64,000 bases of DNA from a virus (lineage: Duplodnaviria; Caudoviricetes): positions 9,624-73,623 of IMG/VR virus record IMGVR_UViG_2974644787_000001; one strand, 5' to 3'. Positions 55,800-64,000 of this stretch are shown here, piece by piece. The translations under genes and the position numbers were made by a program. The notes beneath the pieces are model-generated. The model saw only the letters and a list, made by a program, of their open reading frames with translations. It did no database searches and was not told where the DNA came from. How positions within the stretch are numbered: the first letter of the stretch is position 1; each line of letters opens with the position of its first letter.

Positions 55800-58139
55800 T
55801 TAGAAAACCATCCCTGTAGCATCTGAAGTTAATTTCGCAATTTTGCCTTCTCCAACTCTAAAAACCGCATCAGCTAAACCCTGGATTTCAGGTTTATGGG
55901 AAACAAAAATCACCTGTTTGAAACCACCTAGCTGCATAGCTTTATCTAACATTTTTTGATAAAGTTTGGCGTTATCGGGAGTGAGGCCACCATCTGCTTC
56001 ATCACGAATCAATGTCTCGATGGCCTTCCCAGTTTTTTGGATCTTATAGACGGCCACCCCAAGCGAGATCCCTTCCTTTATAATGGCTTCCTGGCCGCCA
56101 GATTTGTTATCCACAAAAGTTTCTTCTCCTGATTCTTCATCGTATACAGCGATGGAAAAATCTTCTTTTACTGTTCCTTTCCCTGTTTCTTTCGTTGTTT
56201 TGAACGATACCTGGAATCTTGATCCATAACATTCAGAAAGAACTTCATTTATTGTTGCTGAAATCTCTGGTCCACTCGCATCGAGTTTAAGGGCTCTTAC
56301 GCCTTTCGGTGACAAACCTTCGCAAAGATTTTTAAGTCGAGTTAGCCGATCCAATTTACCATCGATCCCGAGAGTAGCCATCTTTGACTTCGCATTATCG
56401 ATGATCTCAAGTTTTGATTCCAGTTTTGAGATTTCGGAGATTAAGGTATCCCTTTCTCTGGATAATTCATTCCTTTTGAATTCTAGTTCTGAGATTTGAG
56501 ACTCGAGTTTTTGGATCTTTTCGGCCTCTTCTTCTTCATCGGAAATAAGAGCTTCTACACTCATTAGCAGACCTTCCAACTCATTCTTTTTAGAAGTTCG
56601 TTGATCGAATCTTTCATCGTATTCCTTGATTCTCTCCTCGGCTACCGCAAGGTGAGATGCTCGATTTACTAAAGGTTTCAGCTGTTCGATTTGAGCAGAA
56701 ATTTCTTTTAGAGTAGCTTTGTGCTTATCAATTGTTTCCTTGATACTTTTAATTGAGTCAAGGGACTTGAGGTTTTCTGAAAGGTTAAATCGATCTTCAT
56801 CAATTTTCTTGATATCATTTTTGATAGAGTCGAATTCTGTGAGTTTTTCTTGTAGAGTTGCCTCTGTCTTTTTTTCTTCTGTTTCGAGCTCTTTAATTTT
56901 TGACTTCGCTGAAATTGCATCTGCTAGCAACAAGCAAGCCTCATTCAACTTTTTACCAGAAATCTCGACACCGTTACATGGGACCTGCTCCAAAAGTGCA
57001 GACTTATTTTTAGCTTCGGAAATCTTATTGGAAAGTATCGAAAGTTTGCTTTTCAATCCACTGATAGATTCATTAAGAAAATCCAAGCACTTTTGGTTTT
57101 CCTTCTTGGTAGAATCTAAAAATTTAATTTCCCTATGGATAGATTCGTTCGATTTTTCAATCTCTTGAGATTTTGCCTCATATTCTGTTGCCAATTCAGA
57201 TATTTGAGAATCGAAACTATCATATTTTTCAGTGAGTAGTTTCTCAGATTCTACTGCTGCTTTAATCTTTTCTGCTTGGTCCCTTAGAAGTAAGTTGTTG
57301 GCTCTCCTTTCGGAAATGTCTGATAATTCATCGGAAATTGTTTTAATTTCTCCAATATAGTTCTTCTTTTTTTCCAATAAAGAGCTGAGATCCTTGGATC
57401 CTGATTTAAGAGTATTCAAGGAGTCTTTAAGTGTAGAGATTTCCTGATTATTCTCAGTTAGTTTGCTATCTATCGAGTCCTTCGCTTTCTTTTTAATTTG
57501 GAAAGATTCCTCAATGGCCTTTTCTTCCAGAATTGATTCGCGATAGTTTTTCGCTAATATCTCATCTGCAGAAATCTCCTGTTCCAATTCTTTTCGTTTC
57601 GAATCAATAACTGAAAACTCAGAATCATACTCATGAAATCCGAGAAGGTTTCCAAGTAGTTCTCTTGCACCTGCCTGGTCCAATGATACAAGGTGGCCCT
57701 TCCCTTTTTGTGAATGGTAAAGAGCTGAAAGAAAAAGATCCTCTGGAAGGTCCGTGTGTTCTAAGAACTTTTCGGCAAATTCCTTTGACTTCCCCTCGGT
57801 AACTGCCACTCCATTTACGTATAGATATGGCTTTTGAGTTTTCGCGATTGGATCAATAAGTCGTTTTACTAAAATTTCTTTCCCGTTGATCAAAGCTTTC
57901 ACTTCGATGTAAGAAGACTTGTCTTTGAAACAACCATAAATAGCACCCTCTTCCCTACCCGATTCCGATCTTCTATTTGGAGTAACTCCATAGAAAGCCA
58001 TGGCAATTGTATCAAGAAGAGTGGTTTTTCCGGACCCGTTGTCACCAACGATTGCGACCTTCCCATCATCTCCTGGTCTCCAAACAATTTCTTCCGGGAA
58101 AGGAATTGAACCTTTGTTTTTGATTTCTATAATTTTCAT
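55800..58139 (-). CDS. sbcC: SbcC/Rad50-like SMC ATPase
   Basis: Walker A GDNGSGKTT, long coiled coil with CxxxC hook region, signature KSGGQ, Walker B IRDEAD, VSH. Confidence 0.9.
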   Translation of the reverse strand: MKIIEIKNKGSIPFPEEIVWRPGDDGKVAIVGDNGSGKTTLLDTIAMAFYGVTPNRRSESGREEGAIYGCFKDKSSYIEVKALINGKEILVKRLIDPIAKTQKPYLYVNGVAVTEGKSKEFAEKFLEHTDLPEDLFLSALYHSQKGKGHLVSLDQAGARELLGNLLGFHEYDSEFSVIDSKRKELEQEISADEILAKNYRESILEEKAIEESFQIKKKAKDSIDSKLTENNQEISTLKDSLNTLKSGSKDLSSLLEKKKNYIGEIKTISDELSDISERRANNLLLRDQAEKIKAAVESEKLLTEKYDSFDSQISELATEYEAKSQEIEKSNESIHREIKFLDSTKKENQKCLDFLNESISGLKSKLSILSNKISEAKNKSALLEQVPCNGVEISGKKLNEACLLLADAISAKSKIKELETEEKKTEATLQEKLTEFDSIKNDIKKIDEDRFNLSENLKSLDSIKSIKETIDKHKATLKEISAQIEQLKPLVNRASHLAVAEERIKEYDERFDQRTSKKNELEGLLMSVEALISDEEEEAEKIQKLESQISELEFKRNELSRERDTLISEISKLESKLEIIDNAKSKMATLGIDGKLDRLTRLKNLCEGLSPKGVRALKLDASGPEISATINEVLSECYGSRFQVSFKTTKETGKGTVKEDFSIAVYDEESGEETFVDNKSGGQEAIIKEGISLGVAVYKIQKTGKAIETLIRDEADGGLTPDNAKLYQKMLDKAMQLGGFKQVIFVSHKPEIQGLADAVFRVGEGKIAKLTSDATGMVF

Positions 58140-59299
58140 ACTGCGACCTCTGCTTTGGTTTCTATTTCAGAGAGGATTTGTTTTCTCTCATTCAAATGAG
58201 CTTCAATATTAGCTTCGCTCATTCCTTTACTTTGAAAGTAAATTCTCAATGAACCTTCGATATCATTGGCTTTTGCGATTTCTTCGTTTCGAATTGCGAC
58301 AGTAATATTAGTCGTTTTCTCAATTTTTACTTCTGGATCGATCGCAGTGAGTTTTTCCTTTAGATCCTTTGGGACAGTATGTGAAAGTTCCTTCGTAACA
58401 TTGTACCGAAAGCGGATTTTTGATTTTTCTTGAGAGAGGGAATCGAGGTTGATTTGTTCCCCTGATTCATCCAGGAATCTTTCTCCATCCCAAGTTGCAT
58501 TGAAAGACTTCATCGGTTCTGGATCGAGAGAGAAGAACTCTGGCTCTGGTGCCCAAGATCCATCCCAAGACCAAATCAAAAGTCCTTTGTCATCGAGACT
58601 TTCTCCCCAAGTTTGGCGAGTTATAGATCCAGGATACCAAACGTTCCTTCCTACTTTTTGAACTTTGTGGTAATGACCACCAACTACCGGACAACCAAAT
58701 GTTTCGAGAAGACCTAATGGAAGGTGGATCCCGTTAAGTTTCGGAATCTTGTCATTGTCGAGTTTTGCACCTGAGATAGTTCCATGGAAAGGAACAAAAG
58801 AAGGCATGTCGCTTGTTTGGATCTTGTTGTAGTACGAATCCAGAAGATCCATGAACGCATTCGTTCCCTTCTCACCGAGTTGTTCAATGCTCTTTGACTG
58901 TAATGCCAACGCACCTGCAGAAAAGTGTGGAATGGTTAGAAATTGAAACCAGCTTCCATTCTCTGCTCCCCCAAGGTATAAGTTGATTGTTTCTGGTCTT
59001 TCCGAAACATAACTCGCTCGTGACTCGCGATCATTGTAAACCATCAAATCTTTTGGTTTGTCATGGTTCCCTCGGATGATCAATTTTGGGAACGTTGGAT
59101 GGAACGAATCCAAGAAATTTCTGAAAACTAGCCTTTGCTCTTCCGTAGAAACATCTTCAAAGATATCACCAGCAATGATGACCATATCTACATTTTCACG
59201 ATCGAGAATTTCCGAAGCCTTCATCAAAGCCTTCGCCTCTTTCGAATCCAACCCACCTTGAAGATGGATATCTGCGATTATTCCAATTTTTACGCTCAT
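58136..59299 (-). CDS. sbcD: SbcD/Mre11-like metallophosphoesterase nuclease
   Basis: ADIH, AGDIF, RGNHD, GGHYH, YPGS motifs. Confidence 0.9.
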   Translation of the reverse strand: MSVKIGIIADIHLQGGLDSKEAKALMKASEILDRENVDMVIIAGDIFEDVSTEEQRLVFRNFLDSFHPTFPKLIIRGNHDKPKDLMVYNDRESRASYVSERPETINLYLGGAENGSWFQFLTIPHFSAGALALQSKSIEQLGEKGTNAFMDLLDSYYNKIQTSDMPSFVPFHGTISGAKLDNDKIPKLNGIHLPLGLLETFGCPVVGGHYHKVQKVGRNVWYPGSITRQTWGESLDDKGLLIWSWDGSWAPEPEFFSLDPEPMKSFNATWDGERFLDESGEQINLDSLSQEKSKIRFRYNVTKELSHTVPKDLKEKLTAIDPEVKIEKTTNITVAIRNEEIAKANDIEGSLRIYFQSKGMSEANIEAHLNERKQILSEIETKAEVAV

Positions 59300-60186
59300 A
59301 GTTTTGGCTCCTTTGGATTCAATTCCCGATATTTGTTTGCGAGCAATGTTTTCAATCCGAGAAAAACCAATTCGTCTCCGATGATATCTTGAGAGAGCTC
59401 ATCGCGAAGATCATCCCAACGTTGTTGAGTGTTGCACTCCTTGATCCAGGCCTTGAATTCTTCTGCGGTGTAAGGCTTCTCTTGAGGTGCGCTAGGTTCA
59501 TCGCCATAAAGGTTGGAAGTGGCAACCGTAGCGGCACCCTCCACTGTTTTTACTTTATTTTCCGATTGCACGCTTCCTTCCTTTGCAACGGCTCGAACAC
59601 ACATCCACATTTTTTTAGCCTCAGATTTTCCCATGGCAGTCGGAATAGAGAGAAGATGTTTGATTGCATTCCTTTTGGCCTTGCCATCGACACTTTCGTG
59701 AATGTGAGCTTGAACCTTGCCATATTGATTAATAATGGGGAGACACTTGCCAACTGGAGGAGATTCTATTTTTGTTCCATCCGGAAGAGTAAGCGAAGCA
59801 ACATATAGAATTCTCAAATGAGGAACTTTGTTTAAAGAAATCTCTTCTTCCACAACTTTCTCCAATCTGATACCAACTGCTTGTCCGATGTTGACAATCT
59901 TTTCGGATTTAATCATGACTTGCCCTGGTCTCAATTTGACCTCAGCTGCATTCTTCTCATCCCAAAGATCTTCATCTGTAATCTCAATAAATTGCGGATG
60001 GAGAGTGATTCCTTCGGGAAGTTGGTTCATCAAAAACTGTGAGAACATCACAATATTGTATTTTTCCTTCGGAAACTTTTCGCGAAGAGCCTCTAACTTC
60101 TTAAGCGGATCCGTTATATAAGCTCGCGGATTGATTTCACCATTAGATAGCAAAATCGAATTTTCAGTGGTGGCTATTTCAGACAT
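59296..60186 (-). CDS. putative single-strand annealing/recombination protein
   Basis: HESVDGKAKRNAIKHLL resembles SSAP E..xKA.xRA motifs; directly upstream of sbcD/sbcC; ATG 60186 with GGAG SD. Confidence 0.4.
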   Translation of the reverse strand: MSEIATTENSILLSNGEINPRAYITDPLKKLEALREKFPKEKYNIVMFSQFLMNQLPEGITLHPQFIEITDEDLWDEKNAAEVKLRPGQVMIKSEKIVNIGQAVGIRLEKVVEEEISLNKVPHLRILYVASLTLPDGTKIESPPVGKCLPIINQYGKVQAHIHESVDGKAKRNAIKHLLSIPTAMGKSEAKKMWMCVRAVAKEGSVQSENKVKTVEGAATVATSNLYGDEPSAPQEKPYTAEEFKAWIKECNTQQRWDDLRDELSQDIIGDELVFLGLKTLLANKYRELNPKEPKL

Positions 60187-60373
60187 GCTGTAACTCCATT
60201 TCAAACTTTTGATTAAATTCCATTTCCAGTTCGTAGGTATTGTAACCATATTCCTGGAGTACTTCGATTGCTTCGGAATGGTGATACTTCTGATCAATTA
60301 AGATTTCATATACATTCCTTACGGAAAATATTTCTTGATCGATCTCACGAGATAAACTTTCAGATTTAAGCAT
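60179..60373 (-). CDS. hypothetical protein
   Basis: 64 aa, AAGGAG SD. Confidence 0.6.
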   Translation of the reverse strand: MLKSESLSREIDQEIFSVRNVYEILIDQKYHHSEAIEVLQEYGYNTYELEMEFNQKFEMELQHV

Positions 60374-60465
60374 CTCTAACTTCTCCTTTTAAATTTTTGT
60401 TGACTTGTATTTTAAAAAATAGAGAAGTGAGTTTAGCTAAAACGTTTCTTCTCTAGAAAAAGCTA

Positions 60466-60648
60466 TCAGGCAGTCAACCTGGTAGCTTTTTTTTCATCTA
60501 AATACACTGGTGTTCCCTTTAACTTACTTTTATAGTGAGTCTCGAAAACCTCTTTTGACATCTCGCCTAACAGAAACCCATCTTCCGATAAGCGGATATT
60601 CCCATTTTCCATTAACTTGACGATTGTCTTCGTTTCTTTAAGCACCAC
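60466..60648 (-). CDS. hypothetical protein
   Basis: 60 aa, GGAGA SD. Confidence 0.5.
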   Translation of the reverse strand: MVLKETKTIVKLMENGNIRLSEDGFLLGEMSKEVFETHYKSKLKGTPVYLDEKKATRLTA

Positions 60649-60895
60649 GTCTCTTCTCCTTACTTATACCGTGCTTATAAGTTCTCGCAGGTTTGACCGC
60701 GAATTTTCTACCATGCTTCACTCCGAGTTCTTCCAATCTCATCAGAATAGATGGGTTATTGGATTTGCCTTTGATCGTGTTTTTAACCTGCAACAGAGAT
60801 ACTCCACCTACCCGAAGGAAGACATCATACTCATTGAATCCAATTCTTGAAAGTTCGGTTTGAATTTGCTTTGGTGACATTTGTTTAGTTTTCAT
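60638..60895 (-). CDS. small HTH-like protein
   Basis: 85 aa; VSLLQVKNTIKG resembles the second helix of the Cro-like neighbour. Confidence 0.5.
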   Translation of the reverse strand: MKTKQMSPKQIQTELSRIGFNEYDVFLRVGGVSLLQVKNTIKGKSNNPSILMRLEELGVKHGRKFAVKPARTYKHGISKEKRRGA

Positions 60896-61194
60896 GCGGT
60901 TAACCTATTTACAGCCCGTCTGGAATCCAAGAGTGGATCTACATAGTCTCGATCTAAATAAATGCCATGCTTTTCAAACCAGAGAGCGATGTCTGGATTG
61001 TGTCGGGTCCCTTGAATAAAGGCCGACACAAGTTGCTTAGATTTCCCGGTTTCATGCGCTATCATCTCTTGGTTTTTTCCCAAGAGAGATATCATCCTAT
61101 TGATCAGATCCGGATCGTCAGGGAAAGGTCGTCGTGGGCCAAGAGACATAGTTAAAAGCTCGTTGTAATCTGCTTGTATCTCTGCACTGCTCAT
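60892..61194 (-). CDS. Cro-like HTH regulator
   Basis: NQEMIAHETGKSKQLVSAFIQG HTH; divergent from the repressor; AGAGG SD. Confidence 0.7.
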   Translation of the reverse strand: MSSAEIQADYNELLTMSLGPRRPFPDDPDLINRMISLLGKNQEMIAHETGKSKQLVSAFIQGTRHNPDIALWFEKHGIYLDRDYVDPLLDSRRAVNRLTA

Positions 61195-61212
61195 GTAATT
61201 TTAAATCCTCTA

Positions 61213-61227
61213 GTGGTTAAAAACCAC
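61213..61227. promoter_or_regulatory. palindromic site GTGGTT-AAA-AACCAC
   Basis: Perfect 6-bp inverted repeat in the cI/cro intergenic region. Confidence 0.5.
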
Positions 61228-61231
61228 GATA

Positions 61232-61265
61232 GATAAGAATATAAAGGGAGCCTATATTTTGGCAA
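61232..61265 (-). promoter_or_regulatory. sigma70-type leftward early promoter
   Basis: TTGCCA-N16-TATATT (or N18-TATTCT) with operator O1 in the spacer. Confidence 0.45.
61242..61256. promoter_or_regulatory. operator O1
   Basis: TAAAGG-GAG-CCTATA, one mismatch from O2. Confidence 0.6.
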
Positions 61266-61275
61266 CTACTTATTT

Positions 61276-61290
61276 TATAGGATACCTATA
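61276..61290. promoter_or_regulatory. operator O2
   Basis: Perfect palindrome TATAGG-ATA-CCTATA, 6 nt before the repressor ATG. Confidence 0.65.
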
Positions 61291-61296
61291 TTTATT

Positions 61297-61677
61297 ATGA
61301 CCACTGTTCGTGTTAGATTTTTCGAGATGTTCTCGGAATTGAAATCCGAAGGATATACACAGGTCAAAATTGCGGAGGCACTTGGGATATCCCAAGCATC
61401 TGTTAGTGGGTATATTAGAGGAGAGCACGAGATTTCCCCACCTGTCGCAGCACTAATGGAGATCCGTTTCGGCTACCGCAAGGAATGGCTACTAAATGGC
61501 GAACTTCCAAAGAAAGTGGATCAAATTTCCAAAAAGGCTGTCAGTGAGGATGTCGAGTTTGCCAGGAAAATATTAAAAGATCCGGAATTGAAAGAAATAC
61601 TTCATGCAATCTTAGATTTAAAAAAAGCAGAACGAGATAGGTTATTTTCTGTTATTCGGGGGTTTTTGGGTATTTGA
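61297..61677 (+). CDS. XRE-family CI-like repressor
   Basis: YTQVKIAEALGISQASVSGYIRGEH...EWLLNGE; no C-terminal S24 peptidase domain. Confidence 0.85.
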   Translation: MTTVRVRFFEMFSELKSEGYTQVKIAEALGISQASVSGYIRGEHEISPPVAALMEIRFGYRKEWLLNGELPKKVDQISKKAVSEDVEFARKILKDPELKEILHAILDLKKAERDRLFSVIRGFLGI

Positions 61678-61872
61678 TCAAAACATTGTATGTTCTTCAC
61701 CATCCAACTCCCCTAGCCTATTTGAAAATTTATCTAAGAGGGTATCTAGCGATTCCTCAGAATAAAGAATGGCATCGGCAAACTGCAAAAGCTCCTCTTT
61801 CACTATCTCCTTTCTTAGTTTTTTACTTAACTCCACATATGTATAGTAACTCGTCAGTGGGACAGAAATCAC
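61678..61872 (-). CDS. hypothetical protein
   Basis: 64 aa, convergent with the repressor. Confidence 0.4.
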   Translation of the reverse strand: MISVPLTSYYTYVELSKKLRKEIVKEELLQFADAILYSEESLDTLLDKFSNRLGELDGEEHTMF

Positions 61873-62201
61873 CTAAAACAATTTTATTTTAAAAAAATGT
61901 TCCAATTTGTCCTACTTAAGTGACATAATCATTTTTTATTTCTTTTGATTATTTCGTGAACTAATAGAGATTTTTCTGTCGATTCTGCAATAAATCTGTT
62001 TTGGTTGGTATCGAAGAGTTTATATTTTTCGATGTCTCCATCGGAGAATTTTTTTATAAGGTAGGGTTCGAGAATATCATTCACGAAGAATGGACGAATC
62101 CGTTTGGAACCAATATTTACAAATACTTTTTTGGATGAATTACGCTGAAATATCCGCTATATGATTTCGGATTAAATTTGGGAATCGGGGAATTTAAGAA
62201 A

Positions 62202-63386
62202 TCAACTCCCTGATGGTTCGAACTTATTTTTCAATTTATCTTCAATAAAAGAATCAATGTTTTCTGTATTGTTAGGGAGTGATTCACTTTGGGCTTCCGT
62301 TTCTCTTTTCTTAACTTTCTTATAAACCTCGAGGTTTTTGATTAGTTCTTTAATTTTTTGATGTTGAGAAGGCATGGCATCATGCTCATCTTCAAAATAA
62401 GGTTTTACCAAACCCAAAAAATCTGGGAGTTCTTTTCGGATTTCTGCAATGTTTTGTGTGTCTTCATCAATATACCCAGATGCTTTATTCTTGTCGAAAT
62501 TTTCTAAATTTCTGGAAATAGAAACATCACTTGCATTGTAACACTTATACTCTTTTAAGCCTTGAGAAGAAATTTGATTCTTATCTAATTTTACCCAAAA
62601 AATTGGGTAAGGTATGTTATTCCAAACTCCTTTAAGATTTTCCCAACCAACAAATCTTACTGTTAACTTCTCATCGACTGTTGACTCTGCTAATAGTTGT
62701 GCTAAGTCCATTGAAACTGCCATAAGTCCAGGCCAGCAGAATTTTCCTAAACGAAAACCTATATCAATATCAGGTCCAATAAAATCTAAATGCGGGTAGT
62801 TATATTCAGTAAATTCATCCGAGTCCCCCTTCTTCACATAAGTTTTTGGGAATGGAAATTGAATTTCTCTATTTCTAATTGGGAAACCCGCTGTCCACGC
62901 ACTAGCTTTTAATCTATAGTAATTTGCCTGACTAAGTTTCTCGTCCAAAAAGTATACTGCTGCCAAAAACGATAAGCAAATATTATGTACTTCAGTTCGA
63001 TTCTTAACTTCAAATACATAAACTAACTCATCACCTATTGATTTCCAAAGAAATTTTTCTGAATCGGAATCGCTTAGGTGTTCGTTGTAATTTTTTGATA
63101 AGAAAGCAATAAATTGCGTATTGAAATCTTGGAATAAAGTAGATTGAGATTCAAGCCAATCGAGATATTTCCTTTCTTGAACAGTATTGGCAATTGATTC
63201 TAATATCAATTCCTCGATAAAACCTTCCTCCTCCTTCCCCGTTGGTAAATCAATTAAGCCACCTTTGAGCAAATTCCGAAAAATTTTACTTTTGCTGATG
63301 TAGTCATCATATAACGTAGAGTAGTTTATATTATTTTTTTGATTAGTTGATCCCTGTATATCTACCGAGAGAAACAACCGAAGCAT
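62202..63386 (-). CDS. class III nucleotidyl (adenylate/guanylate/uridylate) cyclase-like protein
   Basis: First catalytic Asp LSVDIQGST, second Asp WKSIGDEL, transition-state motif GPDIDIGFRL. Confidence 0.7.
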   Translation of the reverse strand: MLRLFLSVDIQGSTNQKNNINYSTLYDDYISKSKIFRNLLKGGLIDLPTGKEEEGFIEELILESIANTVQERKYLDWLESQSTLFQDFNTQFIAFLSKNYNEHLSDSDSEKFLWKSIGDELVYVFEVKNRTEVHNICLSFLAAVYFLDEKLSQANYYRLKASAWTAGFPIRNREIQFPFPKTYVKKGDSDEFTEYNYPHLDFIGPDIDIGFRLGKFCWPGLMAVSMDLAQLLAESTVDEKLTVRFVGWENLKGVWNNIPYPIFWVKLDKNQISSQGLKEYKCYNASDVSISRNLENFDKNKASGYIDEDTQNIAEIRKELPDFLGLVKPYFEDEHDAMPSQHQKIKELIKNLEVYKKVKKRETEAQSESLPNNTENIDSFIEDKLKNKFEPSGS

Positions 63387-63392
63387 TCTATT

Positions 63393-63917
63393 TTAATTTC
63401 CAATTTCTGTGCGCCTATAATTTAGCGCAGGAATTGAAACCCCAAAATGATTTGCAATTAAATACTTATTGTTTGAATATTCTGAAATTACTTCAAGCAG
63501 TTCATCTTTTGGCATAAGGAATGCACCTGCAAATCGATTTGCTTGTTTTTCAATTAAAGAATAACCATCTCGAGCAAAAACCAATGGTTTAGAGAATTCT
63601 ACAGGCAGGTGAAGAAAATAATGTCCAAGTTCATGTGCAATAGTGAAATTATCTCTCAATGGTGAAGTAATTGGTGATAAGTATATTGTGAAACTTTTGT
63701 TTGGCTGAACGAATAAACTTCCGCCTTCAACTTCATATGGCTCTGGGTGATGTTCTACTTCAATTGAACCGCCCATAAATTGGACGATATCTTCAAAAAA
63801 ATCTCTTACACCAGAACCAGTCGGAACCAATTCAAAACGTTCTTTAAATTTCTCCCTAACCTGTTTTGCAATTTGGTCTATATTCTCAAATGTTCCGCTG
63901 TATGCTTCGATTTTCAT
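63393..63917 (-). CDS. IrrE/ImmA-family zinc metallopeptidase
   Basis: RDNFTIAHELGH (HExxH) and EKQANRFAGAFLMP. Confidence 0.85.
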   Translation of the reverse strand: MKIEAYSGTFENIDQIAKQVREKFKERFELVPTGSGVRDFFEDIVQFMGGSIEVEHHPEPYEVEGGSLFVQPNKSFTIYLSPITSPLRDNFTIAHELGHYFLHLPVEFSKPLVFARDGYSLIEKQANRFAGAFLMPKDELLEVISEYSNNKYLIANHFGVSIPALNYRRTEIGN

Positions 63918-63929
63918 GGCTGAATTATA
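63917..63929 (-). promoter_or_regulatory. -10 box for a leaderless transcript
   Basis: TATAAT(63929-63924)-TCAGCC-ATG(63917); no clear -35. Confidence 0.5.
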
Positions 63930-64000
63930 TTATGATTCTCGGACTTTTTAGACTACTAAGGAATAAATAATAATTCTCAAATTATGGGACATAATTTACC

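Noticed and set aside
60411-60454. Possible minus-strand terminator AGAGAAG...CTTCTCT with internal TTTAGCTAAA palindrome
   Set aside because: 7-bp stem with a 20-nt loop is weak, and it lies within an apparently continuous operon.
61929-62156. 75-codon open frame on the minus strand after the cyclase gene
   Set aside because: Protein-like but bounded by an in-frame TAG with no ATG/GTG near its 5' end; may be a remnant and cannot be supported.
1-64000. CRISPR array, tRNA/rRNA, IS element, integrase/att site, terminase
   Set aside because: No regularly spaced repeats or recognisable motifs found by eye; terminase, portal and integration or plasmid-replication genes probably lie outside the window.

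Overview
The window is most of an AT-rich temperate contractile-tailed (myo) phage or prophage. A Leptospira-like spirochaete host is inferred from recalled protein similarity, not from a search. The virion proteins (major capsid, prohead protease, sheath, spike, baseplate) resemble the A511/K/Twort-type (Herelleviridae-like) set. Layout: 1-28 kb is the head, neck and tail module on +, including three large capsid-internal/ejection-type proteins (DarB-like MTase-helicase, HAD+pyrophosphatase polyprotein, ParB-like protein). 28-33.8 kb is a minus-strand cargo island (two exported proteins, a DUF4365-like nuclease plus partner, an MmeI-like type IIL R-M enzyme). 33.9-45 kb holds baseplate (partly inverted), tail fibre and lysis genes. 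45-61.2 kb is a leftward early/replication-recombination operon (SbcCD, SF2 helicase, ParB-like, Dam-like, SSB, many small ORFs). 61.2-61.7 kb is a cI/cro-like switch with visible operators. 62.2-63.9 kb is an IrrE/ImmA metallopeptidase + class III nucleotide cyclase operon. No terminase, integrase, tRNA, rRNA or CRISPR array is visible. The strongest unexplained signal is a seven-copy bipartite motif, TTGnnn-N19-TTGTC(A/C)-(pyrimidine-rich N6)-A, which in five copies ends exactly on the A of a structural gene's ATG, suggesting a non-canonical late promoter producing leaderless mRNAs. Other highlights: a signal/TM-like leader on the major capsid protein, a copy of the capsid N-arm at the start of the polyprotein, a MuF-like gene split into halves 33 kb apart, a GC-rich putative ncRNA, and two homopolymer frameshift sites. 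All family assignments come from motif recognition by eye; no database search was run.
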